This document shows, piece by piece, positions 1-10,700 of a stretch of DNA of 47,581 nucleotides. Position 1 is the stretch's first letter, and every line of letters starts with the position of its first letter. The DNA lies in the NCBI GenBank assembly GCA_002315495.1, contig DCGJ01000018.1, positions 1 through 47,581 of the forward strand. The letters run 5' to 3'. This DNA is from Lachnoclostridium sp. UBA1781. Lineage in GTDB: Bacteria; Bacillota; Clostridia; Lachnospirales; Lachnospiraceae. Below the pieces are notes generated by a model. It saw nothing but the letters and a program-made list of their open reading frames with translations. It made no database searches and was not told the DNA's origin. The position numbers and the translations under genes are program-made.

Positions 1-218
1 CCGAAGTTCTTAAATGTGGAACTTCTCGGCACCACATGCGCCTCATATCCTTCGGGAAGTTCAACCGCAATTCCCAGCTTCAGAAGATGCCAGTCTCCTT
101 TTTTCAGAACCACATGCTCTGCAGAACGAAGATCAATCCAGTCGGATTTGCCCTCCACATAACAAAGCTTCTCCACATCAGGGCTGATATATCGAATCTT
201 CAGAGTTTCTGTCTCCAT
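1..218 (-). CDS. dut: dUTP diphosphatase (YncF/YosS type), N-terminal part; gene runs off the left edge
   Basis: Minus-strand translation from the ATG at 218 (AAAGGA SD about 8 nt upstream) reads [72 protein letters not shown]. From memory this matches the B. subtilis YncF/YosS dUTPase core (GDWIDLRAAED...[20 protein letters not shown]). It is absent from the ORF track because it is truncated by the window edge. An alternative ATG lies at 227. Confidence 0.8.
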   Translation of the reverse strand, partial: [72 protein letters not shown]

Positions 219-289
219 ATGTTTCATCCTTTCTGTTCATCCCGAAATCTCACATATATGTTCGATCGAATTCTTTCCGATATGTGAAA

Positions 290-1681
290 TTACATCTCCT
301 TTAAAAATGCAACATAGCCCTTATACGCTTCGTATACATCCGCACGGCTGGTAACCTCCCAAGGAGCATGCATATTCTGAACGGCAACACCGGAATCGAT
401 TACGTTCATTGCATAGTTACCCATAATATAGGCAATGGTGCCGCCACCGCCTGCATCAACCTTTCCAAGCTCGGCAGTCTGATAGGTAACCTTGTTCTTA
501 TCGAGCGCTGCACGAATCTTTGCATAGAATTCAGGACTTGCATCATTCGAGCCGGATTTGCCTCTGGAACCGGTATACTTATTGAAGCACAGACCACGTC
601 CGAAAAATGCAGAATTCTTCTTCTCGAATACACTTGGGTAATTCGGGTCAAATGCGGCACTTACATCCGAGGAAAGCATAACCGAATTCGCAAGCGCACG
701 GCGAACATGAAGTTCACTGTACTGACCAAGCTTATCCAAAACCTCAGCCACCGCATTTTCAAAGAAACGACTGTGCATACCGGTTGCACCTACACTACCG
801 ATTTCTTCCTTGTCAACCAGAAGACATACAGCGGTACGGTCAATGGAGGTCATCTCAAACAATGCTTTTGCGGAAGTATAAGCACAGACACGATCGTCCT
901 GACCATAACCGATAATCATACTGTTATCAAGGCCATAGCCGCGGGCACGACCGGCCGGTACGATTTCAAGTTCTGCAGATGCAAAGTCGTCTTCCTCAAA
1001 GTCATATTTCTTCTTAAGGATTGCGAGCACATTGGCCTTAACCGCATCCTTATCTTCATCCTTAAGTGGCATGGAGCCAAATGTAACATTCAGATCCTCG
1101 CCCTCAACTACAGTTGCGCCCTTCTTCTGAAGCTGGTCCTGAGCAAGGTGAATAAGAAGATCGCTGATTCCGACAACCGGGTCGGATTCCTTCTCACCAA
1201 TCGTTACCGTAATAGCGGTGCCATCCTTCTTTACAACAATACCATGAATCGCCATCGGAGTTGCTACCCACTGATACTTCTTTACGCCACCATAATAATG
1301 GGTGTCAAGAAGCGCAATTTCACTGTCCTCATAGAGCGGATTCTGCTTTAAATCGAGTCTTGGAGAATCAATATGTGCCCCAAGAATCTTCATACCCTCT
1401 TCCAACGGCTTCTCACCGATTAAGAACAACGCCAAAGCCTTGCCCATAATATTGAAGTACACCTTATCTCCGGCCTTTAGACTCTTTACGGAATAGAAAT
1501 CCTTATATCCGAAGCTTTCCGCTCTCTTAATGACAGCAGAAGTGCATTCCCGCTCGGTTTTGTTATCCGAAATGAAGTCTTTATACTCGTCGGTAAATGC
1601 CATGACCTCCTTCAGTTTTGCTGCTGAATACTTCAGCCAGGCATTTTTCGGATTGCTCTTTTTCTCTTTTTTATCTGCCAT
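290..1681 (-). CDS. M18-family aminopeptidase (aminopeptidase 1 / aspartyl-aminopeptidase-like)
   Basis: 463-aa ORF with motifs GAHIDSPRLDLK, DKEEIGS, VDAGGGGTIA and HAPWE, typical of M18 metalloaminopeptidases. AAGGAGGAAGG SD lies before the ATG at 1681. Confidence 0.85.
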   Translation of the reverse strand: MADKKEKKSNPKNAWLKYSAAKLKEVMAFTDEYKDFISDNKTERECTSAVIKRAESFGYKDFYSVKSLKAGDKVYFNIMGKALALFLIGEKPLEEGMKILGAHIDSPRLDLKQNPLYEDSEIALLDTHYYGGVKKYQWVATPMAIHGIVVKKDGTAITVTIGEKESDPVVGISDLLIHLAQDQLQKKGATVVEGEDLNVTFGSMPLKDEDKDAVKANVLAILKKKYDFEEDDFASAELEIVPAGRARGYGLDNSMIIGYGQDDRVCAYTSAKALFEMTSIDRTAVCLLVDKEEIGSVGATGMHSRFFENAVAEVLDKLGQYSELHVRRALANSVMLSSDVSAAFDPNYPSVFEKKNSAFFGRGLCFNKYTGSRGKSGSNDASPEFYAKIRAALDKNKVTYQTAELGKVDAGGGGTIAYIMGNYAMNVIDSGVAVQNMHAPWEVTSRADVYEAYKGYVAFLKEM

Positions 1682-1744
1682 ACCTTCCTCCTTATCTCAC
1701 AAATAATTACCTACGGCCGCATTTACGTCCCTTGTAACCCTAAT

Positions 1745-1788
1745 CTAAAAAACACAAAATCGGAAAGGCACCTCATAGGTGCCCTTCC
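1745..1788 (-). terminator. Intrinsic terminator downstream of purB
   Basis: On the minus strand, GGAAGGGCACC-TATGA-GGTGCCTTTCC (1762-1788) is followed by GATTTTGTGTTTTTT. Confidence 0.75.
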
Positions 1789-1801
1789 GGACAATTTGTT
1801 C

Positions 1802-3235
1802 TTATACGTTAATTTCCGCAGTCATACCGAGTGTATCCGCATTTTCCTCAAGAATCGGCTTAATCTGCTCTGCCAAAAACTCTTCGGTCTGCTCCTTTGC
1901 ACGGCCAACATACTTGGTCGGGTCAAGCGTAGCTTTCAAATCCTCAAGAGAAAGATGGAACATATCGTCTGCTGCAATCAGTTCAAGAAGATTGTTATCA
2001 AGACCAAGCTCCTTAACGTTTCTTCCGGCTTCCATGGAAAGCTGACGAATACGCTCATGAAGTTCCTGACGGTCTCCGCCGGCCTTTACTGCATCCATCA
2101 TAATATTCTCGGTAGCCATAAACGGAAGTTCACTCATAAGTCTCTTGTGGATAACCTTCTCGTATACCACAAGTCCGTCTACAACGTTCATATAGAGGTC
2201 TAAGATACCGTCAATTGCGAGAAATGCTTCCGGAACGGAAAGTCGCTTATTTGCAGAGTCATCGAGGGTTCTCTCAAACCACTGGGTTGCGGACGTAATC
2301 GCCGGGTTCATTGCATCTACCATAACGTATCTGGAAAGAGATGCAATACGCTCACTACGCATCGGATTACGCTTATATGCCATTGCAGAGGAACCAATCT
2401 GATTCTTCTCAAACGGCTCCTCAATCTCCTTCAGATTCTGAAGAAGACGAATGTCGTTACTGAACTTGTGAGCACTTGCTGCAATTCCTGCAAGTACGTT
2501 CAAGACTCTGGTGTCAAGCTTTCTGGTGTAGGTCTGACCGGAAACCGGGATACAGCTTGCAAAGCCCATCTTAGCTGCAATCTTGCGATCCAATTCCTTA
2601 ACCTTCTCCTGGTCGCCATTTACCAGCTCAAGGAAGCTTGCCTGGGTACCGGTAGTACCCTTGGAACCAAGAAGACACATGGAATCAATTACATAGCAAA
2701 GGTCACGATAGTCAAACATCAATTCCTGAAGCCACAGACAGGCTCTCTTACCAACGGTAGTAGGCTGTGCCGGCTGGAAATGGGTGAAGCCCAAAGTAGG
2801 AAGCGCTTTGTACTTGTCAGCAAACTTGGAAAGCTCATTCATAACGTTTACAAGCTTCTTCTTTACGAGCTTCATTGCCTCTGTCATAACAATAATATCG
2901 GTGTTATCACCAACATAGCAGGAGGTTGCACCGAGATGAATGATTCCCTTTGCATTCGGGCAGAGCTCACCGTAAGCATGTACATGGCTCATAACGTCAT
3001 GACGGAATTGCTTCTCATAAGCCTTGGCAACATCATAATTAATCTCATCCTTGTGAGCCTTTAACTCATCAATCTGTTCCTGCGTAACCGGAAGTCCAAG
3101 CTCATTTTCTGCTTCCGCAAGAGCAATCCACAATCTTCTCCAGGTACGGAACTTCATGTCCGGGGAAAAGATAAACTGCATCTCCTTACTTGCATAACGC
3201 TCTGACAACGGGCTAACATAACGATCTGTATCCAT
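1802..3235 (-). CDS. purB: Adenylosuccinate lyase
   Basis: 477 aa. N-terminus is [43 protein letters not shown], and the fumarate-lyase signature [11 protein letters not shown] is present. GGAGGAACT SD. Confidence 0.95.
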   Translation of the reverse strand: MDTDRYVSPLSERYASKEMQFIFSPDMKFRTWRRLWIALAEAENELGLPVTQEQIDELKAHKDEINYDVAKAYEKQFRHDVMSHVHAYGELCPNAKGIIHLGATSCYVGDNTDIIVMTEAMKLVKKKLVNVMNELSKFADKYKALPTLGFTHFQPAQPTTVGKRACLWLQELMFDYRDLCYVIDSMCLLGSKGTTGTQASFLELVNGDQEKVKELDRKIAAKMGFASCIPVSGQTYTRKLDTRVLNVLAGIAASAHKFSNDIRLLQNLKEIEEPFEKNQIGSSAMAYKRNPMRSERIASLSRYVMVDAMNPAITSATQWFERTLDDSANKRLSVPEAFLAIDGILDLYMNVVDGLVVYEKVIHKRLMSELPFMATENIMMDAVKAGGDRQELHERIRQLSMEAGRNVKELGLDNNLLELIAADDMFHLSLEDLKATLDPTKYVGRAKEQTEEFLAEQIKPILEENADTLGMTAEINV

Positions 3236-3297
3236 AGTTCCTCCAAAAATAGGTATTTATTTGCAAACCTTTCGGTTTCGCGTGCATTTTCCGCCAA

Positions 3298-4176
3298 CTA
3301 ACGCTTGGCTACAGCCAAAATCTCCTGAAGTTCAGGAATCGTATATTCATACTTTTCTCCACAGAACTGGCAAACCACTTCGATTGGCTTGTCATCCGCC
3401 AAAATCTCACGAATCTCAGCCTTCGAAAGACATGCAATTCCCTTCGCAAAATGCTCCTTGCTACATCCGCAAAGGAACGAGCAATCCATGCGGTCCGTAA
3501 TTACAAGCCCCATATCTCCAACAAGCAGTTCCAAAATATCTTCCGGAGTTTTTCCTTCCTCCAACATCTCGGTAACCGTAGGCATTGTCTTAATCTTCTC
3601 TTCCAGTTTTGCGATTGTCTCCTCCTCCGCAAATGGAAGTAGCTGAAGGATAAACCCACCGGACTGCTTGACGGTATTCTCTTTATTCATCAAAACACCA
3701 AGACCAACGGCCGACGGCACCTGCTCCGATGCCGCGAAATAATACGTCAGGTCTTCGGCGATTTCACCGGTCTGAAGAATGGTATCTCCGACATATGGCT
3801 CCTTCAGTCCCAAGTCTTTTATGACACTGATGACACCCATCTGAAGGGCTCCGCCCACATCCAAATGCCCATCGGCTCTTGGCGGCAACATGACATCCGG
3901 ATTCTTCACATAGCCTTTTACGTGTCCCTTCGAATCGGCTGTAACGGTTAAACCTTCAATCGGTCCCGCGCAGTTAATCTGGATGGTAAGTACGTCCTTC
4001 TCTCCCTTCATCATGGCACCCATCATGGCACCGCCGGTGAGAAGTCTTCCAAGCGCTGCGGTACACACAGGGCTTGTGTTATGATTGGCTCTCGCCTTTT
4101 CGACCAAATCTCTCGTAGTCGCTGCAAATACACGAATCTGATTGTTCGCAGCCATTCCTCGAACCAAATAATCCAT
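3298..4176 (-). CDS. hslO: Redox-regulated chaperone Hsp33
   Basis: 292 aa. The N-terminal Hsp33 fold pattern (RVFAATTRDLVEKARANHNTSPVCTAALGRLLTG) and C-terminal zinc centre CGCS...CQFCGEKY are present. The start overlaps the upstream stop as TAATG. Confidence 0.9.
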   Translation of the reverse strand: MDYLVRGMAANNQIRVFAATTRDLVEKARANHNTSPVCTAALGRLLTGGAMMGAMMKGEKDVLTIQINCAGPIEGLTVTADSKGHVKGYVKNPDVMLPPRADGHLDVGGALQMGVISVIKDLGLKEPYVGDTILQTGEIAEDLTYYFAASEQVPSAVGLGVLMNKENTVKQSGGFILQLLPFAEEETIAKLEEKIKTMPTVTEMLEEGKTPEDILELLVGDMGLVITDRMDCSFLCGCSKEHFAKGIACLSKAEIREILADDKPIEVVCQFCGEKYEYTIPELQEILAVAKR

Positions 4177-4982
4177 TAGTACAACTTCCCTTCCTGAAAT
4201 CCCTCCGTAGCAACAAACACCAGTCTGTCCACCGACTGTTCGCCTGCTTCCTGAGAGCTGTACCCATTAAAGATGTAACAGAGATTCATTCCTGCGTCCT
4301 TAAGGGCATTTACAATCTCCTCCCGGGCAAAAACCTTCTGTACATGCTCCTCGGTACTCTTACGGTAACGTCCGTCGTACTCCTTATGGAACATGGTGAG
4401 ATTGTAGTAATTTACTTTATCCTCTTCGTCGTAAGTGTTCTCCCAAATGAGAGTTCCGTCCTCCGACTCTACCATACGGGTTTGATTCCCACAGGTATTC
4501 TTATAAAAATGCTCTGTCTTCACATCAAAGATGAATACCCCATCCTTGTCCAGGTAGTTATTCACCAATCGAAACACCTTCGTAAGTTCCTGTACATCAC
4601 TCAGATAATTTAGGGAATCACAGACAGAAATGATAGCCCGAACGGTACCATATAACTCAAATTCCCGCATATCCTGTTCCAAAAAAAGAATCGGGGGATT
4701 CGAAAACGTCTCCGGGTCATCAATATCAAGCTGAAAGCTTTCATACATCTTGTCGCGAGCGACATTCAGCATATCATCGGACAAATCAATTCCGATCATA
4801 TCATAACCCTTTTTCGCAAGGCGAAGGGTTAACTCGCCGGTGCCGCAGCCGAGTTCACATACCAGGTCTCCCTCGGAAACCTTTCCTTGCATCAGTTCAC
4901 AGATACGCTCTGTCCACCTGTCGTAGGGAATGTTATCCATTGAGGAATCATAAAGATTTGCAAATTCGGAATAGATTGCCAT
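4176..4982 (-). CDS. Class I SAM-dependent methyltransferase, substrate unknown
   Basis: Motif I is ELGCGTGELTLRLAKKGYDMIGIDLSDDML. The start was moved from 5036 to the ATG at 4982 (MAIYSEFANLYD...), which has a GAGGTG SD. The stop is coupled to hslO (TAATG). Confidence 0.8.
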   Translation of the reverse strand: MAIYSEFANLYDSSMDNIPYDRWTERICELMQGKVSEGDLVCELGCGTGELTLRLAKKGYDMIGIDLSDDMLNVARDKMYESFQLDIDDPETFSNPPILFLEQDMREFELYGTVRAIISVCDSLNYLSDVQELTKVFRLVNNYLDKDGVFIFDVKTEHFYKNTCGNQTRMVESEDGTLIWENTYDEEDKVNYYNLTMFHKEYDGRYRKSTEEHVQKVFAREEIVNALKDAGMNLCYIFNGYSSQEAGEQSVDRLVFVATEGFQEGKLY

Positions 4983-5043
4983 AAGCACCTCAAAACTGCA
5001 TATGACACCACTCCCAACCGAGAGTGGTGTCTGCATTTACAAA

Positions 5044-6528
5044 CTAATTATTAGCAACTTCAACCATCTGGTCGTAAACCGGAACCAAAGCCGGATAAAT
5101 GTTACGGAATACCTGATATCTCTTCTCGTACTCCTTAACGATAGCCGGATCCTGCTCAATGGTATCAACCACACGGATCAACTTTGCAGCTGCTTCTTCA
5201 ACAGAAGCATACTCGCCACAACCAACAGCTGCAAGAATTGCTGCGCCGTAGCCAGGGCCTTCTTCACAGTTGATCTTATCAACCTTAACATTCATGATGT
5301 TAGCCAAAACCTTACACCAGAGCGGGCTCTTTGCACCACCACCGATGGCACGAATACGGGTAATCTCAACACCAAAGGAACGTGCAATTTCAAGAGCATC
5401 ACGAAGAGCATAGGTAACGCCTTCCATAACTGCAAGAGTCATATCCTCACGCTTGGTGTCCATGGAGAGACCAAGGAAGCATCCACGAGCATTTGGATTG
5501 TTGTGAGGAGTTCTCTCACCCATCAAATATGGCAAATAGTAAACATTGTTCTTGCCGATTTCGGTAATGCCCTTCTGCTCAGCAGCATAATCCTTTGTGC
5601 CGATGATATCGTCCATCCACCACTTGTTGGAGGATGCAGCGGAAAGCATACAGCCAAGGAAATGATACTTGCCGTTTGCATGTGCGAAGCTGTGCATTGC
5701 ATTGGCATCATCTACTGCAAACTTATCGGTAGAAATAAATACGGTTCCGGAGGTTCCAAGAGAAACGGAACACATACCATTTTCCAGGGTTCCGGTTCCA
5801 ACAGCACCTGCAGCATTGTCGCCGGCACCTGCAATAATCTTAACTTCATCTGAAAGGCCAAGTTCTGCAGCAACCTCAGGAAGAATGGTGCCAACCACTT
5901 CGTAGCTCTCAAAAATCTGAGCCAACTGCTCTTTCTTAATGCCAACGATTTCAATCATCTCGTCGGACCAGCACTTGTGTTCTACATCGAACAAAAGCAT
6001 ACCGGAAGCATCGGATACATCGGTGCAATGAACACCGGAAAGCTTATATGCGATATAATCCTTCGGAAGCATAATCTTCGCAATCTTATCAAAGATTTCC
6101 GGCTCGTTCTTCTTCACCCAAAGAAGCTTTGGAGCGGTAAATCCGGTAAGTGCCATATTTGCGGTATATTTGCTGATCTTTTCGCGACCGATCTCAATGT
6201 TGAGATAATCACACTCAGACTGCGTTCTTCCGTCATTCCAAAGAATTGCCGGGCGAAGCACATTATCGTTCTCATCCAAAATAACAAGACCATGCATCTG
6301 ACCACCAAAGCTGATACCCTTTACCAGGCTTGCGTCAACTACAGATACAAGTTCCTTAATACCAACCACAGTCTGGCTCCACCAGTCCTCCGGCTTCTGC
6401 TCGGACCAGCCGGTCTTAGGGAAGAAAAGATCATACTCTTTCGAAACAACGTTCTTGATTTCACCCTTCTCATCCATAAGAAGAAGCTTCACAGAAGAAG
6501 TTCCCAAATCAACACCAATGTAATACAT
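5044..6528 (-). CDS. xylB: Xylulokinase (FGGY carbohydrate kinase family)
   Basis: MYYIGVDLGTSSVKLLLMDEKGEI..., GISFGGQMHGLVILDE and RPAILWNDGRT are classic XylB/FGGY motifs. The start is set at the ATG at 6528 (GGAGGG SD), not the track start at 6630. No xylA or transporter is adjacent, so the in vivo substrate is uncertain. Confidence 0.8.
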   Translation of the reverse strand: MYYIGVDLGTSSVKLLLMDEKGEIKNVVSKEYDLFFPKTGWSEQKPEDWWSQTVVGIKELVSVVDASLVKGISFGGQMHGLVILDENDNVLRPAILWNDGRTQSECDYLNIEIGREKISKYTANMALTGFTAPKLLWVKKNEPEIFDKIAKIMLPKDYIAYKLSGVHCTDVSDASGMLLFDVEHKCWSDEMIEIVGIKKEQLAQIFESYEVVGTILPEVAAELGLSDEVKIIAGAGDNAAGAVGTGTLENGMCSVSLGTSGTVFISTDKFAVDDANAMHSFAHANGKYHFLGCMLSAASSNKWWMDDIIGTKDYAAEQKGITEIGKNNVYYLPYLMGERTPHNNPNARGCFLGLSMDTKREDMTLAVMEGVTYALRDALEIARSFGVEITRIRAIGGGAKSPLWCKVLANIMNVKVDKINCEEGPGYGAAILAAVGCGEYASVEEAAAKLIRVVDTIEQDPAIVKEYEKRYQVFRNIYPALVPVYDQMVEVANN

Positions 6529-6581
6529 GTAACCCTCCATTCCGACGTTCAAAACGCCATAAATAATTCTAATAATTATTT

Positions 6582-6612
6582 CAAAAATATGCGGTGTCAA
6601 AATGCACCCCGC
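6582..6612 (-). terminator. Hairpin plus U-tract between the lipid kinase gene and xylB (terminator or 5'-leader hairpin)
   Basis: On the minus strand, GCGGGGTG-CATTTTGA-CACCGC is followed by ATATTTTTG. The role is ambiguous because it lies just downstream of a promoter-like TTGACA-18-TATTAT. Confidence 0.35.
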
Positions 6613-6620
6613 TACATCAA

Positions 6621-6650
6621 ATAATACCAAAAATGGCCTTCCGATGTCAA
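6621..6650 (-). promoter_or_regulatory. Sigma-A-like promoter candidate for xylB
   Basis: On the minus strand, TTGACA (6650-6645), an 18-nt spacer, then TATTAT (6626-6621). Confidence 0.4.
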
Positions 6651-6712
6651 TAGAGCCGACCCTTTCCCGTAAACGAAAAACACAGGAAAAAGTCGGCTTT
6701 CTTTGTGTAATA

Positions 6713-7633
6713 TTATGAACTTTCCATAATGCTAAAAAGGTTCTTTGGAATCATAAACGAAACCGCCTTGTTATGCACTTGAATATTAGCTTCCGTAAGT
6801 GTTCCGCCATACTCTCCGTCCATTGTCCAAGCCACCGGTTCCGTAGACTCAAAGGTGACATTTTTAACCTTGGCATAGATAATATTTTTATTATTCAGGT
6901 TCTTAGACAAAATATCCATACCAAGTCCAGGCAAATCAACGGTTTTACAGTCACGAATCAGCATCATCTCGTTAAAACCGTCATTCAGGCATACATCGGT
7001 ACCCGTAATGCCGCGGAAACCTCCAATCGACTCTGAATTCACAACCATACCAAAGAGAAAATCGTCCTCAACCACATTTCCGTCATAGGTAACCTTCATA
7101 TGATGATTTGTCAGATTCGAAAGCGACGCCGCCCCCTTCAGTAGGTAGGCCATATGACCGAATATATTTTTCAGGTTCTGCGGAGTAGCATAGGACACCT
7201 CCGTAAACATGCCAAATGCGGCCGTGTACACAAAATACTTATCCTGAAACTGTCCAATATCAACCGGAAACTTCTGACCCTCCATCGAAAGTACCGCGGC
7301 TTTCAACGTGTCCTTCGGAATATTCAGAGAATACCCAAAATCATTGGTACTTCCGGCCGGAATATAAGAAATCGGCACTTTATTCTCCGAAACCATCATG
7401 CCGTTCACAACTTCGTGTAATGTCCCGTCTCCCCCGGAGCAAACCACCTGAACAATATGGTCCCGTTTCATATATTCTTTTACCGCTTCCTCTGCATCAC
7501 CGCGTTTTCGGGTTGGACTAATGATTAACTCGCGTTCTTCTCCGGTCAAAAGATTTACGACTTCATATAGCTTCGATTGAATTGCTTTCGTACCCGCATT
7601 CGGGTTGTACGTAAACAAAATGCGCTCTCTCAT
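6713..7633 (-). CDS. Diacylglycerol-kinase-family lipid kinase (DagK/YegS-like)
   Basis: 306 aa. ILFTYNPNAG and VCSGGDGTLHEVVNGM are the DAGK catalytic-domain signatures. AGGAGAG SD. Confidence 0.85.
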   Translation of the reverse strand: MRERILFTYNPNAGTKAIQSKLYEVVNLLTGEERELIISPTRKRGDAEEAVKEYMKRDHIVQVVCSGGDGTLHEVVNGMMVSENKVPISYIPAGSTNDFGYSLNIPKDTLKAAVLSMEGQKFPVDIGQFQDKYFVYTAAFGMFTEVSYATPQNLKNIFGHMAYLLKGAASLSNLTNHHMKVTYDGNVVEDDFLFGMVVNSESIGGFRGITGTDVCLNDGFNEMMLIRDCKTVDLPGLGMDILSKNLNNKNIIYAKVKNVTFESTEPVAWTMDGEYGGTLTEANIQVHNKAVSFMIPKNLFSIMESS

Positions 7634-7664
7634 AACTCTCTCCTGTCACTCCCACATACTCACA

Positions 7665-7692
7665 AGCCGTTCCGATGTTTCACGGAACGGCT
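7665..7692 (-). terminator. 10-bp hairpin just downstream of addA, without a U-tract
   Basis: AGCCGTTCCG-8 nt-CGGAACGGCT. No T-run follows on either strand, so terminator function is uncertain. Confidence 0.3.
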
Positions 7693-7700
7693 CTATTATA

Positions 7701-10700
7701 CTACAAAGAAATCGATTTTTTAAGTGCAAATGAATAAATAATTTGTTCTTTTACGGTTTTTCCGGTTGCTCGCTCCATAGCTGTCGCATAAAGTCTGAGC
7801 TGCTCCTGATAATGCTCCTTTAAGTAATCTTCTCCAATCACTTTCTGAACCTGGTCTGTTTTATAATCAAGCACAACCAGGCCGTCCTCCTCTTCAAAGA
7901 ACACATCAATGATTCCCTGAATCAGAACAGGTGCATCGGTAACATACTTGGATGAATTGATTTCTCTTGCCTGTAAGGACATGACAAACGGCTGTTCCTT
8001 GTACAGTCTTCCGCAGGATGCGGCCTTATGCATGCGTAGTCCGATTTCGGAATCATAAAACTTCTTAGCTTTCTCGGGACTTATTATGCGAATTGCACGT
8101 TCATCCAACAGATTTCTACGAACCTGCTCGTTCATTTCCTCTGTTACTTCCTCAAGACTCATGATTTTCGTAAAATCATGTAGCTCCATCACACGATGAA
8201 TAATCGTACCGCGCTCTGTGGCTAAAACGTCTGTACCGGAAGCCTGTTTGACTTTCTCCGCGTCCGTTTCTTTCTCCGATGCAAGATTCTCCTTCCGAAG
8301 GAATTCCGGTATTCTTCTGGCTTTTGCAGCCTGTTCACTTGAGAAGGTAACCGTAGAAGTTTCTGTCGCATTTTCCGAATCCATCGCAGCAAGTTTCAGC
8401 TCGGAAACGGAAAACTTGACCGGCACCTCTTCTTCCGCTGCATAAGGATATGAAAATGCTTCATACTTCTCCAAGAGTGCTTCCTTCTCCGGACATAGCG
8501 TAACCATCTCCAGCTGCTCGCTAAGGCTCTGTCGATTTCTCGCCGTGAGCGTTTCGGTTGTGCCTATTTCGAGCAAATCCAAAGAATCCTCCTTGGATTC
8601 GTCCGTTGTTTCCTCCATCACGCTATCCGTTCGATGAACACAAAACTCCAGTTCGGAATTCAAGACCTCATCTTCTCCGACGGAGGCGACAATAGCGGAG
8701 TCAATCCAATCCTGATAACAACCACAGGCAGTCACCTTGGAATACGATAACGGTTCATGAACCAATTCTGCAGAAGGAACCAATGGCAATGGGTAAGCAT
8801 TTTGGCTTAAGTCCGAATCCTTTGCGCCTTCCTCAGAACGTTCTTTGGTTACTTCCTCCACCTCCGAATTCGTCTGCGTCGAATCATCCGATTCTCCGGA
8901 ACCTGCAGCTCCATTTAATCGGCCGAATAGGATAAGTTTATCCTGTGGGCGCGTTAACGCCGTGTAAAGGATTCGAAGTTCTTCACCAAGAGTTTCTTCC
9001 TTGATGACTCTTCCGATCACGGAATGAAACAAAGAATTCGCTTTCGTTCTTCGATCCAATCGTACCACCTTTGGACCGATTCCGTATTGTTCGGATAACA
9101 GCACATCACCTGAGGCATCTCTCATATTGAACTTCTTGTAAAGCTGAGGCAGGATAACAACAGGGAACTCCAATCCCTTCGACTTGTGAATCGTCATAAT
9201 TCGAACGGCATCCTGCGTGTTTTCTGACGCAGTATCTTCAATCTTCACCTCATACTTAATCTTCTTATCAATGTAATTCACGAAATCGGACAAACCATGG
9301 AAGGTCCCGTTCTCAAACATTCTGGCCTGTTGAACAAGAGCGTCCAAGTTCGCGATACGAATCTCACCATCCTTTGACACGGAACAAAAACGATAAAAGC
9401 CGGTGAGCTGATAAATGTATTCAAGAAAATCGCCGGTTTTCAGTTTGCTTTTCTGATCCAGAAGTTCCTCAAAAATCTCAAGAAAATGCTTCGACTTTCC
9501 ATGTAGCACGGGATCAGCCTGCATATCCTTGGCAAGCTCACATACCATCTCGTAAAGATAATAATCCTTTGCATTTGCCTGTCGATACGCCTTTGCTACG
9601 CTCTTACCAGCCAATTCGTCTGCTTTCTCCTGTGCCTCACGAAGTACCATTTTCATAAGATAGACTCGAAGCTTTGCAAGTTCCTCCTCACTCCACTGAA
9701 ACAACATAGAATGAAGCACCGATGCAAACGGAACATCCTGGAGCGGATTGTCCAGGATTCGAAGCAGGTTCATAACCGTGGATATCTCAGGCGTGTTAAA
9801 GTACCCGTCCATCGCAGGTGCATAGCTCGGAATCTCATGATTCTGTAATTCAGCCAAAAGCTTCCGCGCGAAATCATTCATTCCTCGAACAAGGATAACG
9901 ATATCCGAATAACGGTAAGTACGCGCATCCTTCTGCTGATCCGAATCCACCAAATCTTTAATTCGTTCACAGATGGCGGAAACGGAAGCGTCCTTCAATG
10001 CAGCGCCTGTTCCCTCTACCAGATGATACTCAACCTTATATCGGGAAGCATCCCCTACCGGCTCATCGACACGTCCGTGTACTAATTTTGCAGGCTCATC
10101 ATATTCCACATGGCCTACATCGGAAATCATAATCTTCTCGAACACGCGATTGACAAAGTCAACAATCGGCGGATGACTTCGAAAATTTCTCGAAAGCATG
10201 ATTTTCCGCTTCGAGCTTCCCTCCTCCGTGTCATATGAATTATATTTTTGAATAAACAACTCCGGCTTTGCCATTCGGAATTTGTAAATGCTCTGCTTTA
10301 CATCACCAACGACAAAAATATTATTTCCTCCGACAGAGGCATGACTTACTCCCTGCAGAATCCACTCCTGAACATCATTGGAATCCTGATATTCATCAAT
10401 CATGATTTCATCAAATTCCTCTGCGTATCGCCTTGCCACCTCCGTGAATTCTCCGTCCTCCGTCCGAAGAATCTGCAGCGCAAAATGCTCAATATCCGAA
10501 AAGCCGTATACATTATTCTTCTGCAAAACCTCATGATATTTGCGAGAAACGGCAAGTGTCAGATCGATGAGACACTTCATAACCGGCTGGATAACCGCCA
10601 ATTCTTCTCGAATCTGTGTCTCATTTTTTGAAAAGAAATCATTTCGTATTCCATCAACGACCTTTTTTACCCGCTCGCGAATCTCTTTGGCAAGACAAGC

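Noticed and set aside
36-287. 83-aa plus-strand ORF at the left edge
   Set aside because: It lies antisense to a well-supported dUTPase coding frame. It has no SD and no recognisable motif.
368-1351. Long antisense ORFs inside housekeeping genes. Examples are 368..1351, 5002..5853, 5977..6624, 18419..19414, 21251..22315 and 34995..35528.
   Set aside because: Each is fully embedded opposite a confidently identified gene. Their translations are low-complexity and Cys/Ile/Asn-rich nonsense. Stop-poor antisense frames are an expected by-product of codon bias. None has an SD.
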